Origin: Chara braunii
Taxonomy: Eukaryota > Plantae > Charophyceae
NCBI GenBank assembly: GCA_003427395.1
Contig: BFEA01000003.1
Coordinates: forward strand, 6,071,226-6,135,225
DNA: 64,000 nt
Reading direction: 5' to 3'
Shown in pieces: positions 50,992 through 63,708 of this stretch. The translations under genes and the position numbers were made by a program. The notes under the pieces were generated by a model. It ran no database searches. It was not told where the DNA came from and saw only the letters and a list, made by a program, of their open reading frames with translations. The first letter of the stretch is position 1, and every line of letters starts with the position of its first letter.

Positions 50992-51704
50992 TTGTTTTTT
51001 TTTTTTTTTTTTTTTTTCTGATATGCAGTTAGTTTCCTCCTAAACAGGAAAGCAGGTAGTTTTTTTTCTTTTTCCTCTTCCTCTTCTTCTTCTTCTTCTT
51101 TTCAATTTTTTTTCCTTATTTTTCTTCTTTGCTGATTTGTCTTACTTCTCCTTCTTCCTTGCTGTTTTTTTTTTCCCCTTCATCTTTTTCTTCTTCCTCT
51201 TTATCTTCTTTTTATTTTTATCCTTTGCTGAGTTTTTTTTTTTCCCTTCTTCTTCTTCTTTCTCTTCTTCTCCTTTTTGTTGTGGTTGTTGCCTTTCTTC
51301 TTCTTCTTCTTCTTCTTCTTCTTCTTTTTCTCCTTCTTCTTCAAGCAATTCGGCGGTCGTGGTCAGAGTCCCGTCAGAGAGAGAGAGAGAGAGAGAGNGA
51401 NAAAGAGAGAGAGAGAGAGAGACCCGCCTGGCAAATTTTTAATTTTATTTTTACCAAATTACATATACACCCCCCCCCCAAGTTATAATTTGTGGTTTTG
51501 GGGTATCTATTTTTTTTTTCCCATTTGAAAACCACATTAATGAACCCCCCACACATTTTACTTTTTTTTTTTGGATGTTTCGGGCGAGGGATGACTTGCG
51601 CAGGCGATGCGCGCGCCCCGATTTCGGGCGCGCGGCTCCGTTTGCCTATGGTGCGGTTGCAAAAAAAGCCGGTTGCGCGGCCTTGCCCGCGGGGTCGCAG
51701 CTGG
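50687..51704. mobile_element. Probable non-autonomous TIR element with GC-rich ends and low-complexity interior
   Basis: Imperfect ends CACCTGTGGCC/GGTCGCAGCTG; no TSD seen. Confidence 0.4.
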
Positions 51705-51933
51705 CCTCCTCGTCCGCAGGATCCACGACCAGTAGTGTCACGTAGCTTTAGGCATCTAAGTCGGGCCAATGTTGTCGGTAAGTCGACGTCTGATTGACCA
51801 ATGTCCTCGGCCACTGACGGCGGTGGGAGTGGAGGTACCAGGACCCGAACATTTGTGGGAAGAGCTTCCACGTTGTAGGAGAGATCCGAGAACCAAATGG
51901 ACCATTCGTGCCCCAAAACCAACCTCCGCCAGG

Positions 51934-52037
51934 CAGTGTCGTACCCCCGTTCACCGTTCACGGGGTCTGTGAACGGAGACCGGTCATGGAGTTCACGAAG
52001 TTCACGACACGGGAGTTCATGGAGTTCACCGAAAGCG

Positions 52038-52068
<31 letters not shown>

Positions 52069-52410
52069 TTTTTTATTGGAGGTTGGGGGACATCGAAGGG
52101 TAACTCCCTATAATTTTTTCAATTTTTTTTTTCACGAATAATTTTTTTTTAATTAAAAACGAAAAAAAAAATCAACCAGCCAAAATAAGCATCTTCTTTT
52201 GATATTTGTAGGTCATTTCGATTTTTTTTTTTTTTTTTCAATGTCANCANNCTGTGGGGCTTGAGGCGAATGTACCTGGGGGAGCCCCCCCCCCCAAAAA
52301 AAAAAGAACACCACTCTTTAGTGGTCATCCCGTTCACAAAAAAAACACCAAATGAACGGCCGGTCACGTTCAAGTGACAGGTGTCGGTCACGTTCACGGC
52401 ATCGGCACTG
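51934..52410. mobile_element. hAT-type MITE
   Basis: TIR CAGTGTCG/CGGCACTG; perfect 8-bp TSD CCGCCAGG; subterminal gttcacg repeats. Confidence 0.92.
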
Positions 52411-52738
52411 CCGCCAGGGATATGAGTTCCCAAGCCAACACAGGCGACAATTAAACTGAGTCTTCCACGTGGCGTGCGTTGTAGACCAAGGAAATACGAT
52501 CATATTGGTGTAAGGCAAATCAACGAGGTGGAAGATAGTCGATCAATCAACACAATTCCAAATCCACCTATGTAACATGCCTTAGACGGGTTATTGAAGT
52601 GAACCCGATCGGTTTGCAATAGCGTCCTCTGTACGTCCGCATCGCAGTAAAGTCCGTCTTCATCTACGACTAAGAAAAGGAAGAGGTCAGTATGGCAGAT
52701 GATCCGTAGATCGATGCTAGGTCTGATCATGCACTCCT

Positions 52739-53099
52739 GCTAACTGACATTTCGGTAAAAAATTAACATTTTTATGATTTTTTACTATTTTCACGAAATT
52801 GGGCATCCAAGAAAAAACCGTGTTTTTTAGCGTGTTTTTGTGCCCACGACATTGGATCATTGATGGTCCAGCGTCCTGGGGACTCCGGACCATGTCGACG
52901 TAAAGTATTGTCAAAATACATCCGAGGGTCAGAAAAAAATGAAAGAAAATCAAGGCAGATCAGACAGTCTGGGGACACCGGACCATCAATGGTCTGACGT
53001 GGTCAGCACAAAAAAATGCTAAAAAATACTGTGCTTTTTTGGAAGATCAATGTCGTGGAAATAGTAAAAAATGTCAATTTTAACGAAATGCCTGTTTGC
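52739..53099. mobile_element. Palindromic MITE-like element with long degenerate arms (about 140 bp)
   Basis: gctaactgacatttcggtaaaa / ttttaacgaaatgcctgtttgc outer ends; cattgatggtcc / ggaccatcaatg inner arms. Confidence 0.7.
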
Positions 53100-54800
53100 T
53101 CAAGTTAGCAAATCTCAACTCCATACAATTCTCCACTTGTTCTACTCGGAATTGATGGCGGGTCGACGCCCAATCAAAATGCAAGCTAATAATTTGCGTG
53201 ACGACTCTGACTAAAATTGCCACCTTGAGCAAAATGGCGATGGTTGGGAAGCAGAGAGATCGGGTAGCGGCGTAGCGCGACTTAGTCACCCGCACCCGAT
53301 GTCACTAGTTGCCCGAGCATACACACTAGGTGAACGTGGAGATCCACACGTGGCGCTTGTGCGCCAGGAGATAGAGGAGGAGAAAGGCAAGCGGAGACCT
53401 CGCACGCACACCGAGCGCGAGGATAGACAGCCATTCGGGTAAAAAGGGCAGCATCACACTCATACGTCCACGCAGACGTCGAGACATAATCAACCCACCG
53501 TGCGCCTATGCGCGCAGACATAATAACGACACGGACAATCACTCAGCCCTCAACCAACCATACATCCATAAACTTTTGGATAGCGAAACATTAAGCATCC
53601 ATAGACCCTTGCAACCAAAGGCCATGCACACAACTGAGCACCCACCCTTTGTCTCCAGCACATATGAAATCTCAGACAAAGCAGCGATGGAGAAGAAGCG
53701 AGTTCCTCACTATTAAAAAATGCAAACAATAATGGCACTCCGCATGCATAGCCACCATGTCAAACCGAGCAAAAGCCACCATAGCCACAAGGCCCTGCCA
53801 CTGGTTGCAGTCTTGTCTCCGAAACCGCTCAGTTCCTCTGATGACCTTACCCCGAGTCCATCACTAATTCCACCCCATACCATCACTCTGCCCGTTCCTT
53901 GGGCACGTCGAGCCTGTTCGGCGCCACAGTCTTCACGCATAGCCCATGCAGCAGTGCAACCGAAATCAAAGGAGGATAAATGGAGAGAGCTGCACAAATT
54001 TATAGCATCGAAGGCAGCGGGGCAGCAGAGTGTAATGCGGGCAGCGAGGGGTGTACATGAGGAGCACAGAAGAAGGAAGGATCTAGATAGCCTAGGAAGG
54101 CAGGACAATCAAAATCTCCGCGCAGTTGAGGTGGCCATTCAAGCCGTGTGCGCAAGTTTGTTCTTATGGCTTGATCCGACCATCTCAACTCGCTGCAGTC
54201 AATCGCGCCGAAGGCCACAGGGGGAGGATACAACGAGGGGCAGGGGCAAGATGAAGGGATGTGTGTAGATGAAGGACAGCAGGAAAAGAAGTTGGCGCGC
54301 GCGTGCAAAGCGGGAAGCCAGTTGTGTAGTCCAGCGAGAATTTTAGCATGGCCGTGCACGCTCAGACTCAACGCCGAGATTAAAACTACGTCAACACAAT
54401 TTGTAACTGTTTCCTTGGAGTTCCCAACTTCCCACGCGGTCGCAAATCGGCCATGGGAGGCTAAATCGAAAAGGGACAGGGACAAGTTTAACCCAAAATT
54501 TTAAAACGGACCCCTTCCTTCCATAGTTCATCGCAGTCCATACTTCTGGGCTTACTACAGCATTTATCTTGAAGTGCACGTGAACCCACGAGGTACGGAG
54601 CTTGGCTTTTCACACCACCAATGCCATTGTTCTTGGTGTCTGGGAAAAAAACAGGGCTTTATCGCAAACACCAACCGAGAAAGGTGGGGGGGACCGTAGC
54701 CGTTTCCTGCAGTGGCCCTTGAAAACGGCATGCGGCCCCTTCCCCCCCTATTCCTAGGGCGCTGTTTTTCATGAAATGCTTTCTGTTGACACACAGTGCT

Positions 54801-55361
54801 CACCCCCCTGCATTTTCCCCTTTTTTTTTTTTTAATTAACTATGCTATATTCTTCTCTCAAATCTCTCAAATCTTTCAAATTCTTTTAATTCACCTTCAC
54901 TACCTACCTACCAGGCTACCACTACTCCTAAGGCTTATACAGGGGACCCCTGCGAACATAGCCGTGCTGTCTCCCTCCAGCCATCAGAGGCGATGCATGT
55001 TGCCCCCCCCCCTTCCCAACCATGGTGGTCAAGGATGGGGTGGGGCCGCTGGTGGGGGTACTGACGAAATGCTCGGTCTTTGCATTAGCCGGACCCCCAC
55101 CAGCGGCCCCATACCATCCTTGACCACCATGGTTGCGACAGGGGGCAATATGCATCCCTTCTGATGGCTGGAGGGAGACAACAAAGCTATGTATGCAGGG
55201 GTCCCTTGTATAACCCTTAGGAGTAGTGGTAGCACTGGTAGGTAGGTAGTGTTGGGCACTGAAGGTGAATTGAAAGAATTTGAAAGATGATGAAAGATTT
55301 GAGAGAAGAATATAGCGTAGTTCAAAAGAAAAAAGAAAAAAAAGGAAAATGCAGGGGGGTG
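54801..55361. mobile_element. 560-bp foldback element
   Basis: Arms of about 260 bp are reverse complements (cacccccctgcatttt...aaaatgcaggggggtg) around a 30-bp spacer. Confidence 0.88.
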
Positions 55362-55778
55362 CAGCATCAGCCTCTGATCCCACAGTACTCCAAATCCAAG
55401 AGAACGTAAAAGAACCTGAAAAGCAGGAAGCTACCCATACGGCACGTCAAAGCAAAACCGGATCCCACAGGTCCGGGACAATGGGAGCTTTCACGATCGT
55501 ACCAGCGAATTTCCGTGGGCGTGTGGAGGGTCTCGTTGGAATGGCGAAGGATGACGGGTACTGGTTGGTCGATGTAGTTCCACACGGACATGGAAAAATA
55601 AAACATATCATAAAACGGTACAAATACCTGCATCAGCGATTCCGTGCTATCTGCCACGACACCCAAACTCCTAAAGCAGAGGCAACGATACCGGCGTGTC
55701 CTACTGGGGTGGAAACATAAGCTTCTGATCCGACAGTGCATAAGTTAGCCAATTTCGTTGAGAAACGCAGATCCCACC

Positions 55779-56117
55779 ACTTTCCGAAATCACAGGGCGC
55801 CGAGCTTTGTTAGGGGTACGTTTTCGGTTCATGTGTACGTGGTGAGTCGGCCGTGATGAACGGCCCAACGGCGCTACACGAAACGGAAAGGTCGAGGACC
55901 CCTACCCCTACCGATAAAGCTGCCGCAAAAATGAGTCACCCTTTTCAACTTTCCGAAATCACAGGGCGCCGAGCTTTGTTAGGGGGACGTTTTCGGTTCA
56001 TGTGTACGCGGTGCGTCGGCCGTGATGAATGGCCCAACAGCGCTACACGAAATGGAAAGGTTGAGGACCCCTACCCCTACCAAGAAAGCTGCCGCAAAAA
56101 TGAGTCACCCTTTTCAA
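55779..56117 (+). repeat. 169-bp tandem duplication
   Basis: actttccgaaatcacagggcgcc...atgagtcacccttttca at 55779 and 55948. Confidence 0.93.
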
Positions 56118-56803
56118 TGTCCGTCTGACGTCCGTGGAGCAGAGAACTGTACGACGCTGGAGGCCAGGCCATATGGCGGACCACAGGAACGTCCGTCTCC
56201 GTGGAAGCCCAAAAAAATATGGCGTGGTACTTGGGAAAGACCCGCGGAACCCGCCTGTGTGATGTCCAAGTTTGCTTTTCCGCCCTGCACTACTCGTGTC
56301 CATCTTTCAAGGGACTTTCTTGTTTTTTCTCTTTTTATGTATTGTCGGATCAGCGCCTAAGGGATCAGGTCGAAGTCCAAAAAATACTTCTCGTAAGAGA
56401 TCAGTAGCTAAGAACCTGCACCTCGAGAAAATAAAAAAATGGTAAGAGCCGTAATGTCAACTTTGAGTTCCAAATGTGCGAAAAAAAAATCATAAAAACA
56501 CGCGGCTGCAAAGAAAGCAGACACCGAGCTTGAAAATGTGATGAAAGTACCGTGGAAGTACCATGGCCATGGTGTCAGGCCGGGTGTCATAACTACAGTG
56601 GTCGGCTGTATTGTCATTTCAAACTTGGTGGGTGTTTTCTTCACGGGTGCGTATTTTTCCCGCATTTGCAATCCCCGCCGATGCTTCAATCAAAAAATAT
56701 TTTTTCTTACAACCTCTTTTTGAATATTATAATTTTTTGTCCTCGCTTTTAAGTTTTTTTTCTAAATCCAGACATCATTTTCTGTGCAGAATATACATAT
56801 ATA

Positions 56804-57528
56804 CAGGGTGACCGGCATTCGGGACGGGCCGAACGCCCGAACGTATGGGACCCCTTTGGGATGCGTTCGGCCATTCGGGCCGAACGCGCCGCCCCCCCCC
56901 TCCCAAAAAAAATTAAATAAATAAATAATTAAAAAAATCTGAAAAAACGATATGTTATGGAAAAACATAAATTAAACAAGATTTGCCTGAGCATTACATC
57001 CAAATTCCTTACCAAATTTGAAATAAAAATAAAATACCGAGAACAAATACTAATATTAAAAATAAATAAAAATAAAGAGAGAATTATACCGCCATCTTTG
57101 GCGATCTTTCATTTTTTTTTGGCATCGCTGAATGCCCTTAAAATTTACAGATGTGTACATCACATAATACAAAACCCACTAAAAAAATTTCAAAAAATAA
57201 TATAATTGTTTAGACCCCAAACTAAAGTGAAAACAAAAAGTAAAAAGTGAAAAAAAATGTGGGCGAGCACGTTTTGACACCGCCAGCTTTGGCGATTTTT
57301 AATTCTTATTTGGCTGATCCAAATAACTGGAAAATTTATAGGCATGTACCTCACGTCATGGAGAACTCACAAAACGAAATTCAGAAAAAAAATATATATT
57401 TTTAGGCCCCGAAATAATTTTTGGCGGGGGCCGAATGCCGTCAGGTACGGACCCCGTACGGGACCCCGAACACCCATACGTACGGAGGTCTGCCCGGGGA
57501 CTTCCGTACGTACGGGCTGGTAACCCTG
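56804..57528 (+). mobile_element. CAGGG-family (TA)n-associated element, complete
   Basis: TIR CAGGGTGACC/GGTAACCCTG; TA-rich flanks. Confidence 0.87.
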
Positions 57529-57559
57529 CATAGATATATATGATATATATATATATATA

Positions 57560-57878
57560 GGGTTAATTTGCAAAATACCCCTATAAGTTGAGGGTCTTAC
57601 TTGAGGAAGTTGCGGCATATGCCAAAATGTGCCTAAAAGATCTAGGTAGATTGGAATACACCTCTGACACTAAAAATGTTTTGCGAAACACCCCTGGCGT
57701 CGGTTGGACCTGTCATCTTTGCAAAATACCCCTACCGGGTACTGTCCATGTTTGCAAAATGTCTCAGTACTTGGGAACTTTTCCCAGGCCCTACATATTT
57801 TCGTTTTACCCCTACTGGCCCAGGTCATCTTTCAAGTTGTTTTTTGGCCCCTTGCTGTGTGTTTGACACTGTTTGTGC

Positions 57879-57954
<76 letters not shown>

Positions 57955-58318
57955 TCTCCGAGTGGTGATCAGGAGGATTTCAGAGATGGTGACATGGCAT
58001 AGGAGGAGTTGGAGATGGGGAACCTCACCAGGGAGGACAATGAATGAAGCTGCCGAACATGGAGGCAAACTGCCCTGCCAATGGGCCTGGGTATTGCTCA
58101 AAGTTGCCCACCTGGTATGGAAGGCAAACCAGGTAAAACAGGGTGCAGGCCCAGGCCCCAACAACGAGGTCCAGATTGCAACTTTGCACATAGGCCTGAC
58201 AGGGGCGAAACGCGAAGAATTAGGCCCAAAAGGGCATTCCACAATTTCCACTCTACCCACATCTTTAGCGGCACTTTGGCATATATCTCAACTTATAGGG
58301 TTATTTCACAAATTATCT
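57560..58318. mobile_element. Mutator-like non-autonomous element in (TA)n
   Basis: Long imperfect TIR gggttaatttgcaaaatacccctataagttgag / ctcaacttatagggttatttcacaaattatct. Confidence 0.65.
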
Positions 58319-58361
58319 GATATATATATATATAAATATATACAAAAAATATATATGTATA

Positions 58362-59123
58362 CAGGGTTACCTGACCGAACGTTCCGGGGCCCCCGGGCTG
58401 GCCCCCGAACGTTCGGGCGTTTGGGGTCCCGTTCGGGGGCCGAACACCTCCAGGTTCGGCCCTCGCCAAAAACAATTTCGGGGCCTAAATATAAGTTTTT
58501 TTTTCTGAAGTTTTTTTTGTGAGTTCTCTATGATGTAACCTACACACCTATAAATTTTGAAGCGATTCTGCTAATCCACAAAAACATTAAAAATCGTCAC
58601 AGATGGGGGTGTCAAAACGTGCTCGCCCACTCACTATTTTGTTTTTTTTCACTTTTAACTTTTTGTTCTCACTTTATTTCGGGGCCTAAAACATTTTATT
58701 ATTTTTTGAAATTTTTTTAATGAGTTATTGATTATGTAAACTACATATCTGTAAATTTTGAGGGCATTTGTCAATGCCAAAAAATAATTAAAAATCGGCA
58801 AAGATGGCGGTGTCGAAAAGGTGCTGGCACACTCACTCATTTTAATTCTCTTTTTATTTTTTCTTATTTTTATCATAGTGTTTGTTTTCTGTATTTGATT
58901 TTTAATTCAAATTTGGTAAAGAATTTGGATGTAGTGCCCAGGCAAATGTTGTTTAGTTTATGTTTCTTCATAACATATGTTTTTTTCGGAATTTGTTTAA
59001 AAAAAAATTGTTTTTGTTTTTGTTTTTGTTTTTGTTTTTGTTTTGGTCCGCGTTCGGCCCGAACGGCCGAACGGGGTCCCGTACGTTCGGGCGTTCGGCC
59101 CGTCCTGAACGCCGGCAAACCTG
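58362..59123 (-). mobile_element. CAGGG-family element, complete, inverted relative to 56804-57528
   Basis: TIR CAGGGTTACC/GGCAAACCTG; TA flanks. Confidence 0.87.
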
Positions 59124-59139
59124 TATAATATATATATAT

Positions 59140-59214
59140 CGTCAAATAGAACTGCCCGGTAAACCGTAGGCAGAGAGGGAGAAGAGGACAACAAATGAGG
59201 GGCTGTGACAAACT
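59140..59214 (+). repeat. Second copy of the 75-bp unit at 12663-12739
   Basis: agaactgcccggtaaaccgtaggcaga...gaggggctgtgacaaact. Confidence 0.8.
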
Positions 59215-59250
59215 GTTTCGTCAGAGTTTCACCGACTCATCAGGAGGCTG
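59207..59250 (-). ncRNA. Hammerhead ribozyme core lacking the 3' strand of stem I
   Basis: CUGAUGA-GUCGG(ugaaacu)CUGAC-GAAACA(guu)UGUC; sequence after GUC does not pair with the upstream CAGCCUC. Confidence 0.6.
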
Positions 59251-59974
59251 AACCCTGACTACCCCGGTTGACCAGGCTGGTCATGTGATGAGCAAGCCAG
59301 TCGTGGATACCCCATGGTCATGACCAGTAGGGATTCATAGCGTGCTGGTGTCCAGGCAAACTGGAAACACAAACGCCCAGAGGGGGCAGCTTTGTACCCA
59401 TGGGATTTGGTTTGCCTTTTCTTCTTAACCAAAGGGCAATGGTATTGACGTAGTGTCACAGTTAAGAAGGGGCCTGATCACACCTCCAAGTTGAATGTGA
59501 TTGTCTAGACTCTGGAGATAGATGTTTGGTACCACAACCAGCTGCGGAGCCCGTATATCACAAAGACCTGAGGGGCACACCGTGCGGTTCAGGAAATGGA
59601 TCATGGCAATGAAACAAAAATGTGAATTCGAAAAACACAGCACTGACACCTACCAGCCATTAGATCAGTGAGATGTGAATGAAACGCAAACCTAAGAGAC
59701 CATCATTGCGAAAATGGAAAAAGTCTGCAGTTGGTGTAATAATGAGGGGTGTCATGATAAGGGCCAGGGAAGCTGTGACCTTCAGCATGTCAGTCGAAAC
59801 ATTCATGGAAACAGGAAGGAGAGGTAAGGGAAAAATCATACAGTAATAATGAGGTTGCTAGGGTGGACGTGTATGCAGTTCAGTTTTGGCAGGAAAGTTC
59901 TTGTCTCCACATCACCAGTCCAAGGGCCTGCTCTTTTGCTTTTCAATTCGGTTTGTGCACTTTCCATGAAGCTA

Positions 59975-60079
59975 CCGTCTTCCCCCGAACACAACCCCCC
60001 TCATTTTGACTGCATCGGACCGGAAAGACTGGCTTGTATACGTTCATTTCCAGGGTGCGTTATGTTCGGGGGAAGACGG
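59975..60079. mobile_element. 105-bp Tc1/mariner-pogo-type MITE
   Basis: TA TSD; TIR CCGTCTTCCCCCGAACA, nearly the same as 29144-29249 but with a different interior. Confidence 0.85.
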
Positions 60080-60857
60080 TAGTAGCACCTGATGTGTGGA
60101 AACTTCGCATGGCAACAGTGTGTTCTTGATGGCACACTTTCCATCCTGTGAAATCACTTTGGAGCAAATTGGTGGTGGGGCCAGTCCAAGAACCCAGGAG
60201 ATTCTGATTTGTTCTGGAAATATGTTCGGAAAAAAACAATCAATCAATCAATGGTGCCGATTCTGCCGAACACTAAGAATTGGATTTAACGCCTAAAGCC
60301 TCCTTGTTTGTGGACTCGGCGTGGAGAGGTGCAGGAAATCACGATTCCACTGCTTTTCTGCATCTCTGTATAAAATACGTCCACATTCCGGCATTCAATC
60401 CAATCTTCTTTGCTTGTGGGACCTCACACTAAGACTTTTGAAGCTTTTTTAAGGACCACTCCCCCTGCTAGCCAGGGCTGCTCCCTGACCAATACCCGGG
60501 GGACCTTTGCCATGAAGTGGGGGGTCCTGAAACCTAGGGCCCCCCAGGTGGGAGGGCGCCTGCTGCGTCCAGTTAGGAAAAAGAACAAAACAAAATCGAG
60601 AACCTGTTTCTATTCTGAGGTCCATTCGAGTGAATTTCGCCCCGCGCAGCAGGCCGATTCGTCCACCGCGTTAACGGCCTAAGAACGTGGAAGTACTGGT
60701 GGTTTAAGTCTGAGTACAATTCGTGATTCAACTCAGAGTCTGAGTTTTGTGGATGATTTTTTTATTTTCTTACCTACGTATTTATTAAGCTAGCTCACAA
60801 GGCCCCTGCAGCCCAAGCTCAGCTTTCTCCCTAGTCACCCAGTGCATCCCCCACTGC

Positions 60858-61143
60858 CCACATTCCAACTGATCGAGGGAATGGAGGTCACACAGGCACC
60901 AGCGCTCTGCAAGACAAATCACCCTGCCATAGCTGAAGTTCACGCCAGACGACCCCTATTGGTCCTCCTCCCTAGACTCACTTTCTCGCCCCGAGGAACA
61001 AACAATGGAAATCCCTCCCAACATTCCAACTGATCTACCAGACACCAGTCACAGACACCTCCTCTGGTGGGCAAGACAACCCACCCAGCAATAGTTGAGG
61101 CTCGCGGTGAACGAGCACTATCTGGTCCTGCTTCCTAGACCAA
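60858..61143 (+). repeat. Diverged tandem duplication, period about 160 bp
   Basis: acattccaactgatc...gcaagacaa...tggtcct..cctagac occurs twice. Confidence 0.7.
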
Positions 61144-62594
61144 TAGTGCCGCCCCGGCCGCTCCCCAAAGTCCCCTGCATTGAGTTGAGGGGCAAGTATG
61201 TGGGGTCACTGGGGTGTCATGATGTAACACCAACCAGTGTGTGCAAGGGAATTGGGGCCCAAGTTGGAATTTCAACCGACAACCTCCCACTTGCACCATG
61301 ATCGGAGCTTTAACAAATTGCGCTTTTGGATGCACCGCTGCCATTCTGATGTGTTTTTTCTAAAATTCCGCGGCTGAATTAACACCAAACTGAGAGGCTG
61401 TGAGAGCCATTTAAAACCAACCCTTGGACCCCACAGAGTCACAGCCATTCAAAAGCATGTCTTTTCTTCTGCTGAATGTTGAACCCTGTTCATGTTATTG
61501 GCACTGCAGCTGAGATCAAATCTTTGACAACTGAAAGGAGAATCTGAACTTCTCAACTTAAAGTACAGTAACTTAGAGAAGTTAGAGAAGAAAGGTAAAC
61601 ATGAAAAATATTCACTTTTTCTCATCCCTTTAACTGTGCAGTCAAATCTCTGGAAGTTTCTCCCCAGATTCCCAACCTCCCTCTTCATTGCTGTCAATGA
61701 TTCTTATTCTTTTTGCCCATCTAGAAGAAATTTTCCTCCAGTAAGTGGAGATCAGATTACAACCCTAAACCACCAGTACTTCCGAAAGTCGTGCCCGTAT
61801 ACAAGCCATGATTTTAGGAAACGCATGGGCCGCCACCGGAGCGTCCGAATTCCTCCGCCGACTAGAAACGATTCTACTCTATTTTTTCGGCGGCCTGTGA
61901 CGTACTAGTTTCCGGATCTGCGCCATTTTCCGGACCCCTTCCCTTTTTTGTTCTCCCTGCAGCCAGATGTGTACAGTCTGACCCCCCTCCCCTCTCTGTC
62001 TATGCCCGATTAAAGGTACCTTGCGGGAATTTCGCGCGCCTTAGCGAGCGCGCTTGGAATTTGGCTCGGCAGTTAGAAATCCCAGAATTATCGGAATACC
62101 GCGTGACCTTCCGCGCGCGGATGTTCTCGGCCTCGACCTTGAAGACTCTGGGAAGTCCTTGTACGAATATGGATCGACGGAAGATTTTTCGTTCCCGCGC
62201 CTGTTTAGCGCGCGGATATGGTACTTTCAATTTTGAATTAGCATAGGATTGGGAAAAACTGCAACTGTTTTGGTTCCCATTTCCCTCGTGCTGACCGGCG
62301 CCATGCAAGCAAGCTCCCTCCTCCTTCCTCCCTTGCGTTCCTCTCACCATCCTTCTTCGCGCGCACACGCTTTCTCGCCCCCTCCCCCTGTAACTGCTTC
62401 CCCCTCCCCTTTCTCAGTGCGCACCTTTTTTTCTTTCTCCTTCTTGATCATCTGAATCTTGGACCCATTTCGTGCTATCCTTCGCGCTCCGCCTCTTCCC
62501 GCTATCGGATCCACGCTCGAAAACCCAGTTGATCCTCTCTTCCCATCTAACCAAGGAGAAGCGTCGTGTAAGTTCTTACTGCACGATGATTCTG

Positions 62595-62724
62595 ATTGGC
62601 TGAGGTCGAGTTAGGAGGATCAACATGGCTTTCGATGGGCGGCCATTTTCAAACTCTCCTATGCCCTCCTCTGCCTCACCCTTCACCATCCTCCGCATCT
62701 CTCTCCCCTCTCGCAACTATAAAT
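62595..62724 (+). promoter_or_regulatory. Putative Pol II promoter: inverted CCAAT (62595-62599) and TATAAAT (62718-62724)
   Basis: Both motifs are retained in copy A (10416-10420 and 10311-10317) within the conserved context cgcaactataaatt. Confidence 0.5.
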
Positions 62725-63708
62725 TTCGTCGGCGCCCCCACAAAACTCTCTCTCTCAACCCATCGGCCAGCTTCCGGGAAGTAGTGGCTAGGTGATGTGT
62801 ATGGTGCGAGTCAGAAAGTCCTGACGAGCCGACTGCAGACTGGCTGGCGGTGCGCTAGATCGCCACGATGGACTGTGGGATCCGGGCAAGCCACGTCGAG
62901 ACTAAGTTGGCGGGGTGACGATCGCAGTGGTGGAGGATGATGCGCGACGGCCGGGATCGTCGGCGTCAGAATGCGGACAAGTAATCTCAGTTGAGTGTAC
63001 GACCGACTCGGGGTCGTGTTGGAATTTAATGGCGAGTACGCCCCCTTGGTTGCGACTCTATTCTTTGGTGTGACTTTGCGGCGGTAAAGACAAACTTTCT
63101 TCCATTCCTCGATCTCTATGTAATTTTTCTTTCGATCTTTATTCTTCCTTCTCTCTCTCCTCCTTCGATTGTGAATGGTTCTATGTAATAAGCTAGAGAT
63201 TGGCGAGTGATGGAGTGAGTGTGATGACTGTATTCAAATCGTTTCTTTCGGAACTCTTCCATTTAGTTTCCTGGGTAGTCCCCCGAGCTATTGGATTTTG
63301 TCTTGTGAACGGTGGATGCGTGTGTATCGATCACCAAGGATTCTTCCCTTGACGTCAACCTTATTGGGAAATTGCATGATTGTCATTTTTCGCACCTTCC
63401 ACCGTGAATGCATGCGCGGAAGATGAGAGTGAACGAGTACGAAACCTATCTTGATTAGGGTGAGTCGATAGCAGGGGCAATGTTGTTGGGATTGGGAAAT
63501 GCAAGAATGCTTTGATTCGTGATTATCGAAGGAAAGTTACGAGTATGCGACGCATGATCCAAGTACAAAAATAGTGGTTGTGTCTCGCCCCACGTGAGAT
63601 TTCCTTTCTCTTTTTCGAACCCTCTGTTCCTCGTATCTGGCCTTTCCGATTGGATTGCTAGGATTGCATGCACACGATGAATAATTAAGATATTCCTGAT
63701 TGTTTGCC

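Noticed and set aside
55060-55092. CUGACGA followed by a hairpin as a hammerhead
   Set aside because: No GAAA after the stem. The same applies to CUGACGA at about 62821.
53700-55720. Myb/SANT-like transposon accessory protein fragments
   Set aside because: Only vague resemblance in short pieces; cannot be supported without a profile search.
59300-60420. Penelope GIY-YIG or RT coding remnant upstream of the second hammerhead
   Set aside because: A frame of about 90 codons opens after removing the MITE, but I found no GIY/YIG or RT motif.
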